NCBI GenBank assembly: GCA_951406725.2
Contig: OX597821.1
Location: 43,710,001 to 43,774,000 of the forward strand
Source of the DNA: Octopus vulgaris
Lineage: Eukaryota
Length of the DNA: 64,000 bases
Direction of reading: 5' to 3'
Shown: one piece after another, positions 40,795 to 53,783 of the stretch
Position numbering within the stretch: the first letter of the stretch is position 1
Layout of the letters: each line of letters begins with the position of its first letter
Notes under the pieces: model-generated
Seen by the model: the letters and a program-made list of their open reading frames with translations, nothing else
What the model was told of the DNA's origin: nothing
Database searches by the model: none
Made by a program: the position numbers and the translations under genes

Positions 40795-41200
40795 TATTGT
40801 TGTATTTAGGAATGGTCATTTTGCCAGTTTAGCCAATAAAAACACAAGCACCATATATTTGGTGTTACTTTGCTTCAGCGTTATTCATTTTTTACATTAA
40901 TCTTAATCTTATTTTGGCCAGAGTTCTTTCATCCCACTCCTGTGACCGTTAGTAAGGAGAGACACACAAATAAGAAAGAAGAAAGCAAAGGACCACTGAT
41001 GAGGTCACAGGAGTGTGACGAAAGAACTCTGGCTGAAATAAGATTAAGATTAATGTAAAAAATGAATAACGCTGAAGCAAAGTAACACCAAATATATAGT
41101 GCGTGTGTTTTTATTGACTAAACTGGCAAAATGACAATTCCTAAATACTACAATATCTGTTTCAACACACGATTTCACATCAAAAATCTTGCAAAACAAA
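40795..41200 (+). repeat. ~360 bp fold-back element with HHR and unpaired 3' tail, between (TA)n tracts
   Basis: Arms 40795-40948 and 41003-41155; tail ttcaacacacga...aatcttgcaaa is shared with the 15556 element. Confidence 0.85.
40993..41032 (+). ncRNA. Type I hammerhead ribozyme-like motif (canonical core)
   Basis: cca-CTGATGA-g-gtcaca(ggag)tgtgac-GAAA-g(aa)c-TC-tgg. Confidence 0.7.
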
Positions 41201-41410
41201 TATATAAATGTATATATATATATATCTAATATAGGATAAAATTTTCGAAACAATTTTATCAATGGCCAGCATATTAAAAAAATACCTTTAAAGGTTAAAT
41301 TTATAAATAACTTATAAACAAGGGCAAAAGCAAAAAAGATTCCAATATGCCGAAAATAGACTTAATCGTCAATAACCATATAATTTATCACTATAAGCAC
41401 GCATCTAGAT

Positions 41411-41448
<38 letters not shown>

Positions 41449-41575
41449 ATTATATATGTAATAATTAAATAATATATTATGCACTTTATTGTAATCTGTT
41501 ATATATATATATATATTCATACATATATTTACATATATGATGTATACGTATGTGTATACATATGTTTATTCTTTC

Positions 41576-41641
<66 letters not shown>

Positions 41642-41724
41642 CAAAGTGGAGCTGTAGGGTACCACACGAGTGGAATTATATACGAAAGAAGGTTTGGAAA
41701 TGCAATTTTAAAAGATGTTTATTT

Positions 41725-41765
41725 ACTTTACCAGTTTCACTCTTTGGAAAAAGATTGTCAAAAGT
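41725..41765 (-). ncRNA. HHR-like motif with U3-A8 core
   Basis: Minus strand: actt-TTGACAA-tcttt(ttcc)aaaga-gt-GAAA-c(tg)g-TA-aagt. Confidence 0.55.
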
Positions 41766-41830
41766 AGCATGAAGAAGTTTAGTTGCGTTAATTATTGGTT
41801 GTTACAAAATGCTACATTACTTATATCCAG

Positions 41831-42062
41831 TCTTTGGTAACAAGGACATGTTAAGGACATAAAAAAGTTTAACAAGTTCCTTAAAATATTGGGCACAAAA
41901 GATTACAACATAAATAATCATTCTCAAGAACATGATAAAGATAGTTTCCAGAAGGAATTATCTTGAGAATGTATAATATATTTGTTGTAATCTTTTGTGC
42001 CCAATATTTCAATGAACTTGTTAAACTTTTTTATGTTCTTAACATGCTCTTGTCACCAAAGA
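41831..42062. repeat. ~230 bp fold-back palindrome
   Basis: tctttggtaacaag...ttctcaaga pairs with tcttgagaa...cttgtcaccaaaga. Confidence 0.85.
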
Positions 42063-42177
42063 ATGTATATATATGTATTGTAGTACTCTGTGTCAACCAA
42101 TATTCTGTGCATGTTTGAATATACAGATACAATACCAATATCCTACTGAACTTACACACACACACACTTACACACAG

Positions 42178-42229
<52 letters not shown>

Positions 42230-42454
42230 ACATATATAATATATATATATATATCATCATCACCATTATCCTCATCCTCAAATGTCCATGGTGGTATGAG
42301 TTGGATGGTTTGACAGGAACAGACAAGCCAGAGGAACCTGCCATATTCTATGTCCGCTTTGGCATGGTGTGTGTGTGTGTACAAAAAAAAGTCAGATACC
42401 CGCATACATATATAGAGACACATGCACACAGACACACACACATACATCTATCTA

Positions 42455-42503
<49 letters not shown>

Positions 42504-42671
42504 GTGTAGTTATTTAAATATGTAGCACACTCAAAAGCCCTTTGTGGATGCGAAACCATTGGTCACTCTAATACTGGACGTTAACTTAATTGCATATAAA
42601 TACATTACTGCTCTATGCTTTAGAGTGTGCTCCTTTTTCAGATATATGATACATTGATGATTGATATATAT

Positions 42672-42719
<48 letters not shown>

Positions 42720-43357
42720 CTTTGTTCCGTGCTCTCACGTGACCGCATTCAAACCGGTCTTTTTCGGCTTGACCGCTGCCATGTTAATGTTTGTTTTCGT
42801 TTTTGCCGCAAAGGCATTTTTCAAATACGCCAGCCAAGATAAGTTAAAAATTGTCTAAAGTCGTAAGACGCCCGTTGTGTTTGTCCTGTTAACCATTCTT
42901 GTTTTTTATTTCTATTTTTTGTTTCTTGTATTTATATTCGTGTGGCATCCTGTCTTTGTTTCGTATACATTCGTCCTCTTTCTAAGAAATCTAATGCCTG
43001 TGGCTTAGTTCTTGGGGCTGGCCGGTTCGGAGTGATATCGAGATTAAACTGCCGAAATTGCTAAGATGATCCGGTTCCGACTGAAGATTAGAGGCTTCGA
43101 GTGACCCATCTGTTTTTTTGTATCGTCTCTTTGTGTGTTTTTGCGTTCTTGTCCCACTTTGTAATTTATGTTTTATATTTTATATTTGATTTCTATATAT
43201 ATATATACCAGACCCTATCCACACATGCATACTTACATACTCTCTCACACACACACACACACACTTCTGTCTAACTACCTTTGTCTAGCCAGTTGTCATG
43301 ATTGACCGCTAACTCCAAAAGTTTCTTTTATTCTCTCTCTGTTTATTTCCTCATGTT

Positions 43358-43395
43358 CCTTTCAGGTGAAGAGCATATGCTTGAAATGTAAAAGG
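43358..43395 (+). ncRNA. Degenerate HHR-like motif (family of 6881 motif)
   Basis: ccttt-CAGGTGA-a-gagc(atat)gctt-GAAA-tg-TA-aaagg. Confidence 0.45.
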
Positions 43396-43522
43396 CTCTC
43401 CCACCTTCCCGAGTGTCAAACTAACACACCTATCTTCGTCTTTTGTTTTTCTGTAAAATTCAACTATATATATATATATATATATGCAGAACACATACAT
43501 ATAATATATAATATATATATGT

Positions 43523-43745
43523 AATTTATAAGTAAGGCCAAAAGAAAAAAATTCTAATGCCAAAATATGCCGAAAATAGACACAACGTTAATAACGTTGT
43601 GTCTATTTTCGGCATATTTTGGCATTAGAATTTTTTTCGTTTGCCCTTACTTATAAATTGTTTATAAACTTAACCTTTAAAGGTATTTTTTAATATGCTG
43701 GTCATTCATAGAATTTTTTTCGAAAAATTTTATCCTCAATTAGAT
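43523..43745. repeat. Palindrome with 46 bp perfect arms and 1 nt loop (centre 43591), part of a repeat also present inverted at about 41222-41400
   Basis: ...gacacaacgtta a taacgttgtgtc...; right flank is homologous to the reverse complement of 41222-41365. Confidence 0.9.
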
Positions 43746-43755
43746 ATATATATAC

Positions 43756-43806
<51 letters not shown>

Positions 43807-43844
43807 CATACATACATATATATATAAATATATATATATGCAGA

Positions 43845-43895
<51 letters not shown>

Positions 43896-43917
43896 CACAC
43901 ATACATACATACATACA

Positions 43918-43950
<33 letters not shown>

Positions 43951-44037
43951 GCATACATACATACATGCCTACATACACACACACATATATATATATATAT
44001 AACAAGAATGTAACCTTCATTTAACTAAGGTATCTTT

Positions 44038-44118
44038 GCCTGATGAGTAGCTAGTGGAGTACTCCTTGTTGAATAATTATTACTTCTGAGGGTCTGCTAG
44101 TTAAGAAACATATGTAGC
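44038..44118 (+). ncRNA. Type I HHR-like motif with long stem II
   Basis: gc-CTGATGA-g-tagctagtgga...tctgctagtta-a-GAAA-catatg-TA-gc; stem III acatatgt is self-palindromic. Confidence 0.6.
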
Positions 44119-44425
44119 CTGGATTTTACCTGCTCCATTCTCTCAAACTGGATTTCTATTCACATATATAGCAACCCTAGATGCTAACTGTAAACTATAA
44201 AAAATCTTGTTTCTGGTAATTGAACTTTGATATGGGAAAAACCTACAACTTTCTACACCCATAAACTATTATTGTTCCTGAAAGTTGTTTCTTTTATACC
44301 TTTCATGGACTGCTTGAAGCTTTCTAACTTTGTACACCTAGATCCTTGTATCTGACAATTACATTATACACACCTCTCTCTTTCTCTCTCTCTCTCTATA
44401 TATATATGCACATACACACATACAT

Positions 44426-44466
<41 letters not shown>

Positions 44467-45269
44467 CAAACATACTCACACACACATACACACACACACA
44501 TACATATATAAACATACATACAAATATATACATATTTATACATACATGTATCCATTTATACACACACACACACACAGAGTTTTATGCATACATATGTATG
44601 TTTAAGTGTGTCAGTGTACGTTTGCCTATGAAACCACAAGTTCTTTGAAGCAGTTTAAAAATTTTCTTGCATATTGAAATAGGAAATTCAAATAGTTTTC
44701 CTTGGAAACTTTCCGAGCAAGTTCCGTTACTATTGTAAATTCTGTTTAGGAAAATATCAAACTAAATTGAAAAAAAAAAAAAAAATGATTAAAAAGAGAA
44801 AGATTTATAAAGAGATCAAAAGAAATAGATGAAGGGATTACGCAGAATTTTGTTTTGCGGCCAAGATAGTTAGCTCAAGAAAGGTAACTCTTTAAGAATG
44901 AAAAAATAAGAAACTTGTAATTCTCAGTAGCTTCCCTTTGTTAAACACAATTTAACAAATGATGTTTATTATAGATCGATAAATGGAAGGAATTACCGCT
45001 AACTTTATGGCGAATATTGCTTATTAATATATAAACTGAAATTTTACAGAAAGATAAAAGTGATACTGTGATGTTCGTTCCATTTCTTATAATTAAAAGG
45101 ACACCAGGAGAGAATGTAATAAAAGTTTTTCTTTTTTGTTTTGGTTTAAACATTTTTGATGTAGAAGTAAGGGCTCCCATAGTCTTCGCAGGTCTTCCAG
45201 TGCTGAGGAGACCAATTTGGCTGATGTTCTTGAACAACTGTAAATCGACTGATACAGGAGAAAAGCATG

Positions 45270-45489
45270 AGAAAGTAGGGAATTCCGCGGAACCTTAGGG
45301 TTCCGCCAGTACATTCCAGGGGTTCCGCAAGAAGTAACAAAACTGCTAAACTCGGCAGTAATTTTTAATTCTCCTGTGCAGATATGTGTGCATAAAACTA
45401 TTAAATTATTGCACATGGGTTCCTCAAGCCAGTGGAATGTTTCCTTGGGGTTCCGCTCCAGCAAAAAGTTTGAAAAGCACTGCTCTAGA
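45270..45489 (-). mobile_element. hAT/Charlie-like non-autonomous element end
   Basis: Terminal cagtgcttttcaaact (minus) next to ctctagag; repeated subterminal ggggttccgc/gcggaacc motifs. Confidence 0.6.
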
Positions 45490-45887
45490 GGAAGAATTAA
45501 AAGTGGTTAGTGCTTTGTCTAGTTAGGTAGAAATCCTGCAAGGTGGGGGTGGGGTGGGGGTCTGGTATCCTGTACAGCGGGTAATATATATGCCATAGAA
45601 ACAAGAAAACCTGCCTTATGAGTCCATGTGACTTGGGTAAGAGCGTGATCCTTTTGCTTTTCATCCCATTCAGGTAGACTCAATATATGTGATGTGAAAT
45701 GCAGAGGTTTGTCTGAAGGTGGCACAATGCTCACCACTTCCAAAGTGCTTTAGTAATAGTAGCAAAGGGTTTAGAGATGACTGGGGTGGGTGGGGGCAAA
45801 GGCAAGAGTTCACTTGTGAATCACTCCATATTGGAGTGTGTTGGTGTGAGATTCTATGCTGGAGTGTGTATATACATACATACATGA

Positions 45888-46700
45888 TGCAGACTGTGTG
45901 GAGTTAACACCAATGATATAACCCACATCACAAGCCGTTGTCCAAAAATGTCATCATGGTGTTATCAACTGATGAGACACGGTGTTGTAGCCAAGACACT
46001 GTATAATGAGATCCACTGGAAAGATAACACTGAGGCCAAAGAAATAAGAACTGATAGTACGGTAGAGGACATAGCCACTCATAATCAGGAGTACTGGTGG
46101 AATGTACCAGTGGAAATCTGAGTAAAATGTAAACACAATAGATGTTACATAGTGATTTGGGACAGGGAAACGAAACTTTGTAAAGTTATAGAAATCAGCT
46201 GCCCAGCAGATGTTGACATATAGCTAAAGAGCAATGAAAAAGAAGATACTTACGTTAACTATTGAGAAATCTGCTGTTACTCTGCCCAGATTACTAGTTC
46301 AGGTTTATACCTGTAATTATTGGGGTAGTCTGATATGTAATACACTGCCTAAATACCAATCTTGAGAAATTAAGCTTCTTAAAACCAGAAAGGAGTTGTC
46401 TGTGATGGTGAAAAACTACAGATCCAAGCCATCACTGGAACTGTTCGTAAGTTTACCATTTAAGTATATATGGCATGTCTAGATATGCAGCTATATGAAC
46501 AAGACTATGTACATAAAACAAAACATACAAATCTGTAAATGCACTGACTCCAAATATTGCACTTATACACACATACATGCAAAAATACCCTGTTGATGAT
46601 GCTGAAATTCCAATGAAGGAGCCTTGAAACTAGTTTAGAAACCAGCTCTTTCTTTATTGGAAAGAAATCTTGAAATAAAACTGAATGATAACATACATCC
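45888..46700 (+). mobile_element. RLE-type (R4/Dong-like) LINE 3' end
   Basis: CRLCGVNTNDITHITSRCPKMS...RHGVVAK; EYWWN; IVIWDRE..C.VIEISCPAD; FIPVIIG. Confidence 0.8.
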
Positions 46701-46729
46701 ACTGACACATACATACATACATACATTTT

Positions 46730-48275
46730 AGACGGCGAGGAATGCTGACTGGTCCTCTTCTCTCTTTCGCCCTAATCACCATTCAGAACTTTGCTCGCAC
46801 CAGACTGTGGTCTGTCCAGCATTCTGATCCATGCAAGGACTTGACATTACAAATGTCATAAATGTCGCGCTTGCGGATGATGACGTAATCCAGCAAGTGC
46901 CAAACTTTGGACCTTGGATGCATCCATGTTGTTGTGTGATTACCTTTGTGCACAAAATGAGTACATGCAATGTAAAGTCCATGTTCTTCGCAAAGCTCCA
47001 GTAGCATGAGACCATTGCTATTCATTTTCCCTACTCCAAAACGTCCTAGAGAATTCCATGTTTGCCAGTCTGTTCCTACTCTGGCATTAAAATCCCCAGT
47101 AGAATGACTTTATCAGAATTGGGGATTTTTCTAAGTATGGCTCTCAGCTGGGTATAAAAGATTATTTTATCTTCATCACAGCTAGTCAAAGTAGGTGCAT
47201 AGGCACTTATTAGAGTAGCAAACCGCTTACCTTTGAAGTGCAACCGTAGGGTCATTATACGTTCATTTATAGGAACAGGGAGCTCTTCCAACTTCTTCAG
47301 GATATCAGATCGGACTGCAAAACCAACACCAGCCTCTCTGCACTTCTCCTTCTGCCTTCCTTTCCAAAAAAAGGTGTATCCGCCTCCTACTTCCTCAAGC
47401 TGACCATCACCTTCTATGCGAGTCTCTGAGAGTGCAGCTATATCAATTTTATAAAGGTTCAGCTCACGTGCAACAAGTGCAGTGTGTCTTTCAGGCCTGC
47501 TATCACTCTTGTTGTCCAACAGAGTACGCACATTCCAACATGAAATGTTTAAGTTCTGTCCAGATTTTATAGATAAAAGACTCTTTGTTTTTCGAGCGCA
47601 GGGTGGACATCCGTCAGTCGCGCTAAACTGACCAGATATGGAAAGACAGGCAATTTTTGGTTCACCTTTTCTAGAACCTCCCCAGTCTCCAGGTGAGCAG
47701 TGCCCTCTCCAAATGGAGCTGCTCAGACACCCATGTAGCAACTGAATCCTACCGCTGTCTTGGGCGACAAGGAGACGACTTTATATCTAGCATGGGCCGC
47801 CTACGTGCAGGTCGCTGACTACATGCTTCCAACCTGTCAGGTCTGCATGCTTCACCACATTCCCATCGCCACAGGACTTCCGAATAAAAAAAAAATTTTT
47901 TAAATATATATATATATATACTAAAAATGAAGAAAATATATACTAAAAATAAGATAGATATATATATATAAAAAAAAAGAAAAGAAAAGAAAAAAAAGGT
48001 CGGCAATGCCTGTGTAGAGTTTTAGGTCCAATAAGGCTTGCACAACACCTCATAGACCCTCTCCACTCTATTGACATTATCCAGAGACAAGCCGGAGCAA
48101 GATGTCTGGTGCCAATATGAGTCGCAGGCTCAAGGATGTGGGGGCGCCGTGATCTCTAGCACAAACCAAAGATCCCCAAAATGTTCAATGCCATTCCCTG
48201 CATATCTGGTTTTATATCAGAGTGACCTTCTCCTAGAGACGTGCTTTAACAAAAGCTGAGGGGCGCCTCACTCCC
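46730..48275 (-). mobile_element. RTE (BovB-like) LINE 5' part: 5' UTR plus apurinic endonuclease domain, 3'-truncated
   Basis: ORF 47076-47741: ISCWNVRTLLD...IDIAALSETR...GYTFFWKG...GVGFAV...SAYAPT...LLG; continues after a frameshift as NSNGLMLL...TWMHPRSKVWHLLDYVI...CWTDHSLV. Confidence 0.92.
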
Positions 48276-48379
48276 AGTGGTCTTTCAGCATGCCAGACAC
48301 CACCCCAGAATTTCTATGTACCCGTGCATACATACATACATACATACATACACTCACACATACATACATACATACATAC

Positions 48380-48410
<31 letters not shown>

Positions 48411-48519
48411 CATACATACATACATACTTACATACACACACAAAAACACACACGCAAACACACACACACACATACACATGTACATACCCACATTTATACA
48501 GTTTAAAGGTCTCTGGAGG

Positions 48520-48900
48520 TCATAGGGAGAAAAACATTGTAAATATATACATTTTGAAAACCTATAGAGATCGGACTAACCAAAACATTGTTTATATATA
48601 AATTTTTCAAATACATATAGTCTAAACAAACTGTTGTATGTATAAATACTGCAAACATATATAATGTTCAAAATTTCTTGAGCTCAAATTGACCAAACAT
48701 AATGTATACATAAATATTGTAAATTCTACATGTTTAAGACCTCAGGGGATTGAGTTGTTCAAAACAGAATATATTGTTTAAAACATTGTACATAAAAGTT
48801 TTAAATATATACACACTAAATATCTCTGAAGATGAAACTGATCATTATACAGTGTATATATAAAAATATTGTAAATATACATGCTGAAAAATTTCTGCCG
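48520..48900. repeat. Diverged AT-rich tandem repeat (aa(c/t)attgtaaatata units)
   Basis: Recurrent blocks at about 60-70 bp spacing. Confidence 0.45.
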
Positions 48901-49111
48901 AACAAAGATGACAAAAATGATGATGATGATGAGGATGATGATGATCATGATTGTTTTTTAACATCAGATAGAGTTTATTGAAGCAGATTTTCTATGGCTG
49001 GATGCCCTTCCTGTCATCAGTCTTCATGTGTTTCTAAGCAAGGTAATTATTTTCCCATGGCCTGGCATGTTTATGCAGAATATTAGAAACAAATGGAAAT
49101 TTTGTATGACA

Positions 49112-49146
<35 letters not shown>

Positions 49147-49213
49147 CTCTCACATGATGACAAGATAAGGAGACACAACCATGCTCACACTCAACATCTA
49201 TTTGTTTGTCTGT

Positions 49214-49292
<79 letters not shown>

Positions 49293-49403
49293 CCTATCTA
49301 TCTAGCTACATATCTATCTATCTAGCTATCTAGCTGTCCGTCTGTCTGTCTGTCTGCATATGCATACATACATATATATTATAGAAAGTTCAATGTTATG
49401 GCT

Positions 49404-49895
49404 GGTCATAGAGTGACCATTGGTTTTGCATCTATAAAGCGCTTAGTAGTATAAGTGACTCATCAAACTCAAATAGCTGAAGGCACATAACCTCTCTACA
49501 ACTAGAGGAAGAACTATATCATGGTCAATTAGTTTTGTAAACAAAAAATATTTATCCATGCTCCAGATGGGACAGGGTTATCTCCCTTTCTTCACCTCTG
49601 AGTGTGATGATATTCAAAGGAGCTGCATGAATATCACCACAATCACAGCCAATCTTTGTTGAATAGACTCGCCATAGTTCCTTTGAATATCACCTGCCTG
49701 GAACTTATGTAAGGGGGATAAATTCATACTGCCTGCAGCATGGACAAATCCTTTTTGCTAACAAAACTAACTAGACATGACATATTTCTTCCTCCAGTTG
49801 TAGAGAGGTTACGTGCCTTCAGCCATTTAAGTCTGACGAGTTGCCTACACTGCTAAGCGCATTATAGGTGCAAAACCAATGGTTACTCTATGACC
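49404..49895. repeat. ~490 bp fold-back element with an HHR-like motif in each arm
   Basis: ggtcatagagtgaccattgg... pairs with ...ccaatggttactctatgacc; plus strand agt-CTGACGA-g...tataggtgc-AAAA-cca(a)tgg-TT-act at 49830-49887; mirror copy at 49411-49470. Confidence 0.85.
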
Positions 49896-49959
49896 TACTG
49901 TTCTCATGCTTTACAGTGTGCTTCTTTTTCCGACATATGAACTACTGATGATAGAGTCT

Positions 49960-50510
49960 CAGTCAGACCAAGTGTGACATGATGGTGGAGTAAAGAGGTT
50001 GACAGTGCGATAAAAGCAAAACAACAGGTCTGGAAAAATGGTGGAAACAGAGAATTATGTCAGGAAACCAAAAGCTTAACGTCAGGTATACATAGCAAAA
50101 GGAGTAGCTGAAAGTAAGAGATATTCAAATGTCCTACAGTGTGAGGATCAGAGGCATGAGGTGTTCGAGATTGCAAAGCAGTGTATCAGAGAAAATCGAG
50201 ATGTGGTAGGTGAAAAGTATGTGCAAATGGATAATGGTATTTTTGGACTTAATGACTCAGAGAAGAAAGATGCATGGAAGTGTCACTAGGAAAGGTTACT
50301 GAATGTGGAAAATGAATGGGAGAAAGAGAGTCTGCCAAATATTGAACCAGTTGAGGAACCAGCCATCAGAGTTGATAGGAGCATAATAGATAAGGCAGTT
50401 AAGGACCAGGAATCACTGCAAAGATGATTAAAATTTCTGGTGGTGTAGGATACAGCTTTGTCACCCATATAGTTAATCTGTCTATTCAGGAAAGCACCAT
50501 CCCCAATGAC
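49960..50510 (+). mobile_element. RTE LINE internal fragment (linker to start of RT)
   Basis: WWSKEVDSAIKAK...VFEIAKQ...RDVVGEK...AWKCH*ERLLNVENEW. Confidence 0.75.
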
Positions 50511-50512
50511 TT

Positions 50513-51549
50513 CATGGTGAATAGGAAATCAACTGTGTGGTGGACAGGAAGTCACGTGGTTGGGGTGTGAAAATAGAAAGTGGCTGGCAGTAGATGTGGG
50601 AGTATATAGATATATATGTGTACATGTATATGCCCACATATTTATGTGTAAGTATGTGTATGTGCATAGATGTATGTCCACATACCCGCACATGCATGAA
50701 TGCATGCATGCATGCATGCATGAATGCACACATGCATGCATACATATACACGCATATGCACAAATATGTATGCACACAATACATACACACACACACAAAG
50801 AAATATGAGGTATTGTATTTCTGTCACATATACTCTTCTGGTAAACTTCAAGCCATTGGCCACTGACAGCCAGGATTTACCTCCTTAGGACCAGCCACCC
50901 CCTGCATCACCTGCACCAAGGTCACTGTCACCAACTAACCTCCATGAACAGCACCGCTAATCCCTATGAATAGCTCAGAAAATTACCAATCCCCAACACT
51001 TCTTTACACTCTCACCCCTTGTACATAACCACATGAGTATATATGCATGCATGTACACATGTGTGTGAATACGTGTATGCATCTGCTCACTATATGCATG
51101 TGCATGGGCATGTGTACACTGGTGTACATTTAACCTTGCATGTGCTCATTTACATGTGCACCTGTGCATGTTCATGAATGCACATGTATACATGTATACA
51201 CACTTATGTGTGCGCATGTGCTCATATGCATATGTACAAGTGGATAAAAGTGTGCGCCTGTGTGTGTGTATGTGTGTGTGTGTTTGTGTGAGCATGCCTC
51301 TGTGTGTGTATATGTATGTATGTGTGTGCATGTGTGCATTCACGCATGTGCGTGTTTGCATGTGGATGGTGAACATACACACATATACATGCTCGTATAA
51401 GCACGGATACACACACACAAATATGTGGGCATATACATCTACACATATATACATGTCTACTCCGATATCTGCTGCCTCTTCCTATTTTCACTCACAACCA
51501 TGCGACCGATTTCCTTTCCACCATGCAGTTGATTTCCTGTCCGCCATGC
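50513..51549. repeat. Diverged inverted repeat (about 50513-50660 and 51400-51549) enclosing TA/CA-rich sequence
   Basis: aggaaatcaactg...atatgcccacatattt pairs with aaatatgtgggcatat...cagttgatttcct. Confidence 0.7.
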
Positions 51550-51674
51550 AGTATTTTATAAGTAACTGTTCTCACTGAAATACCAACATCAAACTACAAT
51601 ACCGCATGACCTTTCTTGACCAGTTGCAGGCTAATGTCTGGTTATAAACATTGACTCTCTCCAAGCAAACTGTC

Positions 51675-51740
51675 ATTCAAACTCCTAATGGCTGACGATT
51701 AGCGACATGCTTAAAACTCAGAGTATCAAGGAGTTTGAAT
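51675..51740 (+). ncRNA. HHR-like motif with extended stem I
   Basis: attcaaactcct...CTGACGA-tt-agc(gacat)gct-t-AAAA-ctc(a)gag-TA-tca-aggagtttgaat; G12 is lost in this copy. Confidence 0.55.
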
Positions 51741-51832
51741 CAAATTGTTTGATCCATGCATGTAACTCCCAATAATTGTGTTGAGTGCCCTTCCTTCATT
51801 TGTCTACTCACTCATATATATATATATATATA

Positions 51833-51929
51833 TAATTTATTTTATAGAAGGAGCTTCTACAGGACTAGAACTGTTTCATTCAAACGAAATCATCTAGTCC
51901 TGTAGAAGCTCCTTCTATAAAATAAATTA
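51833..51929. repeat. Hairpin with 37 bp perfect arms and partial HHR in the loop
   Basis: Arms 51833-51869 and 51893-51929; minus-strand loop gatga-tttc(gttt)gaat-GAAA-cag-tt. Confidence 0.85.
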
Positions 51930-52003
51930 ATTTACTCTGCTATGTATTGAGTACCTTATTTACTGTGGTTAACCCCGACTCAACCCGGGACCTATATATA
52001 TAT

Positions 52004-52080
<77 letters not shown>

Positions 52081-52103
52081 TACATATATATATATATATA
52101 CAT

Positions 52104-52156
<53 letters not shown>

Positions 52157-53180
52157 TATGTATGTATGATATATATTGTGTAATTAAAACAAGTTCAACT
52201 TTTTACCATAAGTGGGGAACAATTTTATTCTGTGTTTATATGTATGATAAATAAAAATATGAAGATATGTTTTCACAGAATAAATGTTCACAGTTCAATA
52301 GAAATTATATTGGTATATGTATTCTTAAGGCAAATTTGACATAATTTTTATAAGGAATATAATAAAAGTCAGATGGTTAGAAGAAAGGAAAAATAAGGAG
52401 CCACATGTTCCTTTAAGGTATTTGTATAGTAGTGGCATGTAAAAAGCACCATTTGAGTGCGGTCAATGCCAGAGCTGCCTGACTGGCTCCTGTGCTGGTG
52501 GTATGTAAAAAGCACTATTTGAGCATGACTGATGCCTGTGCCACCTGACTGGTACTCATGCTGGTAGTATGTAAAAAGCACCATTTGAGTGTGGTTGATG
52601 CCAGTGCTGCCTGACTGGCTCCTGTGCTGGTGGCACATAAAAAGCACCCACTACACTCTCAGAGTAGTTGACATTAGGAAGGGCATCAAGCTGTAGAAAC
52701 TTTGCCAGACCAGATTGGAGCCTGGTGCAGTCTCCTGGCTTGCCAGTCTTCAGTCGAACTATCCAACCCATGCCAGCATGGAAAGTGTATGTTAAACGAT
52801 GATGATGATGATTTGACAGAGAAATCTGAATGCTATCAAGTCTACCACCCAAGTAAGCCACTGCCACTTTCCATGCTGGCATGGGTTGGATGGTTTAACT
52901 GAAGCCAGGAGGCTGCACCAGGCTCACTCTACACTTGGTACAGAGTTACAGAGTTAGAGGAAATACCAGATTGGATATCAAAGAAAGCCAGCAGCAGGGA
53001 GAAGTCTAATGATTAACAATATGGAATGTTAATTGATATAATTTATTTAAATAGTATAATCAATCACCTTTGTGTGAATCAGGTAGAGCAACTCCGGACA
53101 ATAGTCATGGGTAAGAGGTTTGAATAGTCTGTTCTATCTATTATTTAACAAGAGCAGCACAAATGACTGTATCTTAGTAT

Positions 53181-53737
53181 AACTATTATATAAAATCCAT
53201 TCTGTCTGTGTGTGTGTGTGTCTTCTAGGATCTCGGGCATCCTCCATCCGATTGCGCTCAAATTTGATATGTAGATACCGACAGTATCAGGGCATGTATA
53301 AGTCTTGAAGAAATTACAAAAATCGATTCCAGGTGAAAATGTGATCGATAAGGCCGTGGGAATGTGCATTTGCACGCGCAAGTACATCAGCTGTTGCAAT
53401 CAATACTACACGTACGCAAGAAAAATGCACGTGCAGTTTGTGCAAAAAAGCCAGCTGGCTTGAAATAATGCCACAAAATGCAGTATATTTAAGAGACCAA
53501 AAAAGTAAGATGCAAAAATGATATTTTCTTCAAACTTGGCATGAAGGAAGGAAAGACTATTTGGTTTCTCAAGAAGTTTTTTTTTTGCCTTAACTTTGTT
53601 TAACAAAACCAAAAATTTTATTGAAATAAAGGCATGCTTAATTATTTTTTAATGGAAAGGAAACACCGATTGCTTTTTATTCAATAGATATGATTCAGCA
53701 CCGTCCATTGGACGGGAGGGAGGGGGCCTTTTGCTTG
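53181..53737 (+). mobile_element. Helitron-like non-autonomous element
   Basis: 5' ctattatataaaa...gtctgtgtg...ccgattgcgctcaaatttg; 3' hairpin ccgtcca-t-tggacgg then CTTG|T. Confidence 0.55.

Positions 53738-53783
<46 letters not shown>

Noticed and set aside
45968-45990. CTGATGAG here, and at about 23532 and 35684
   Set aside because: No properly placed GAAA or stems; two lie within LINE or SINE sequence
48200-48275. HDV-like ribozyme at the RTE 5' end
   Set aside because: Could not assemble the P1/P2/P3/P1.1 pseudoknot by eye
52430-52650. Regularly spaced repeats resembling a CRISPR array
   Set aside because: The intervening segments are similar to each other, there are no cas genes, and the context is a eukaryotic SINE
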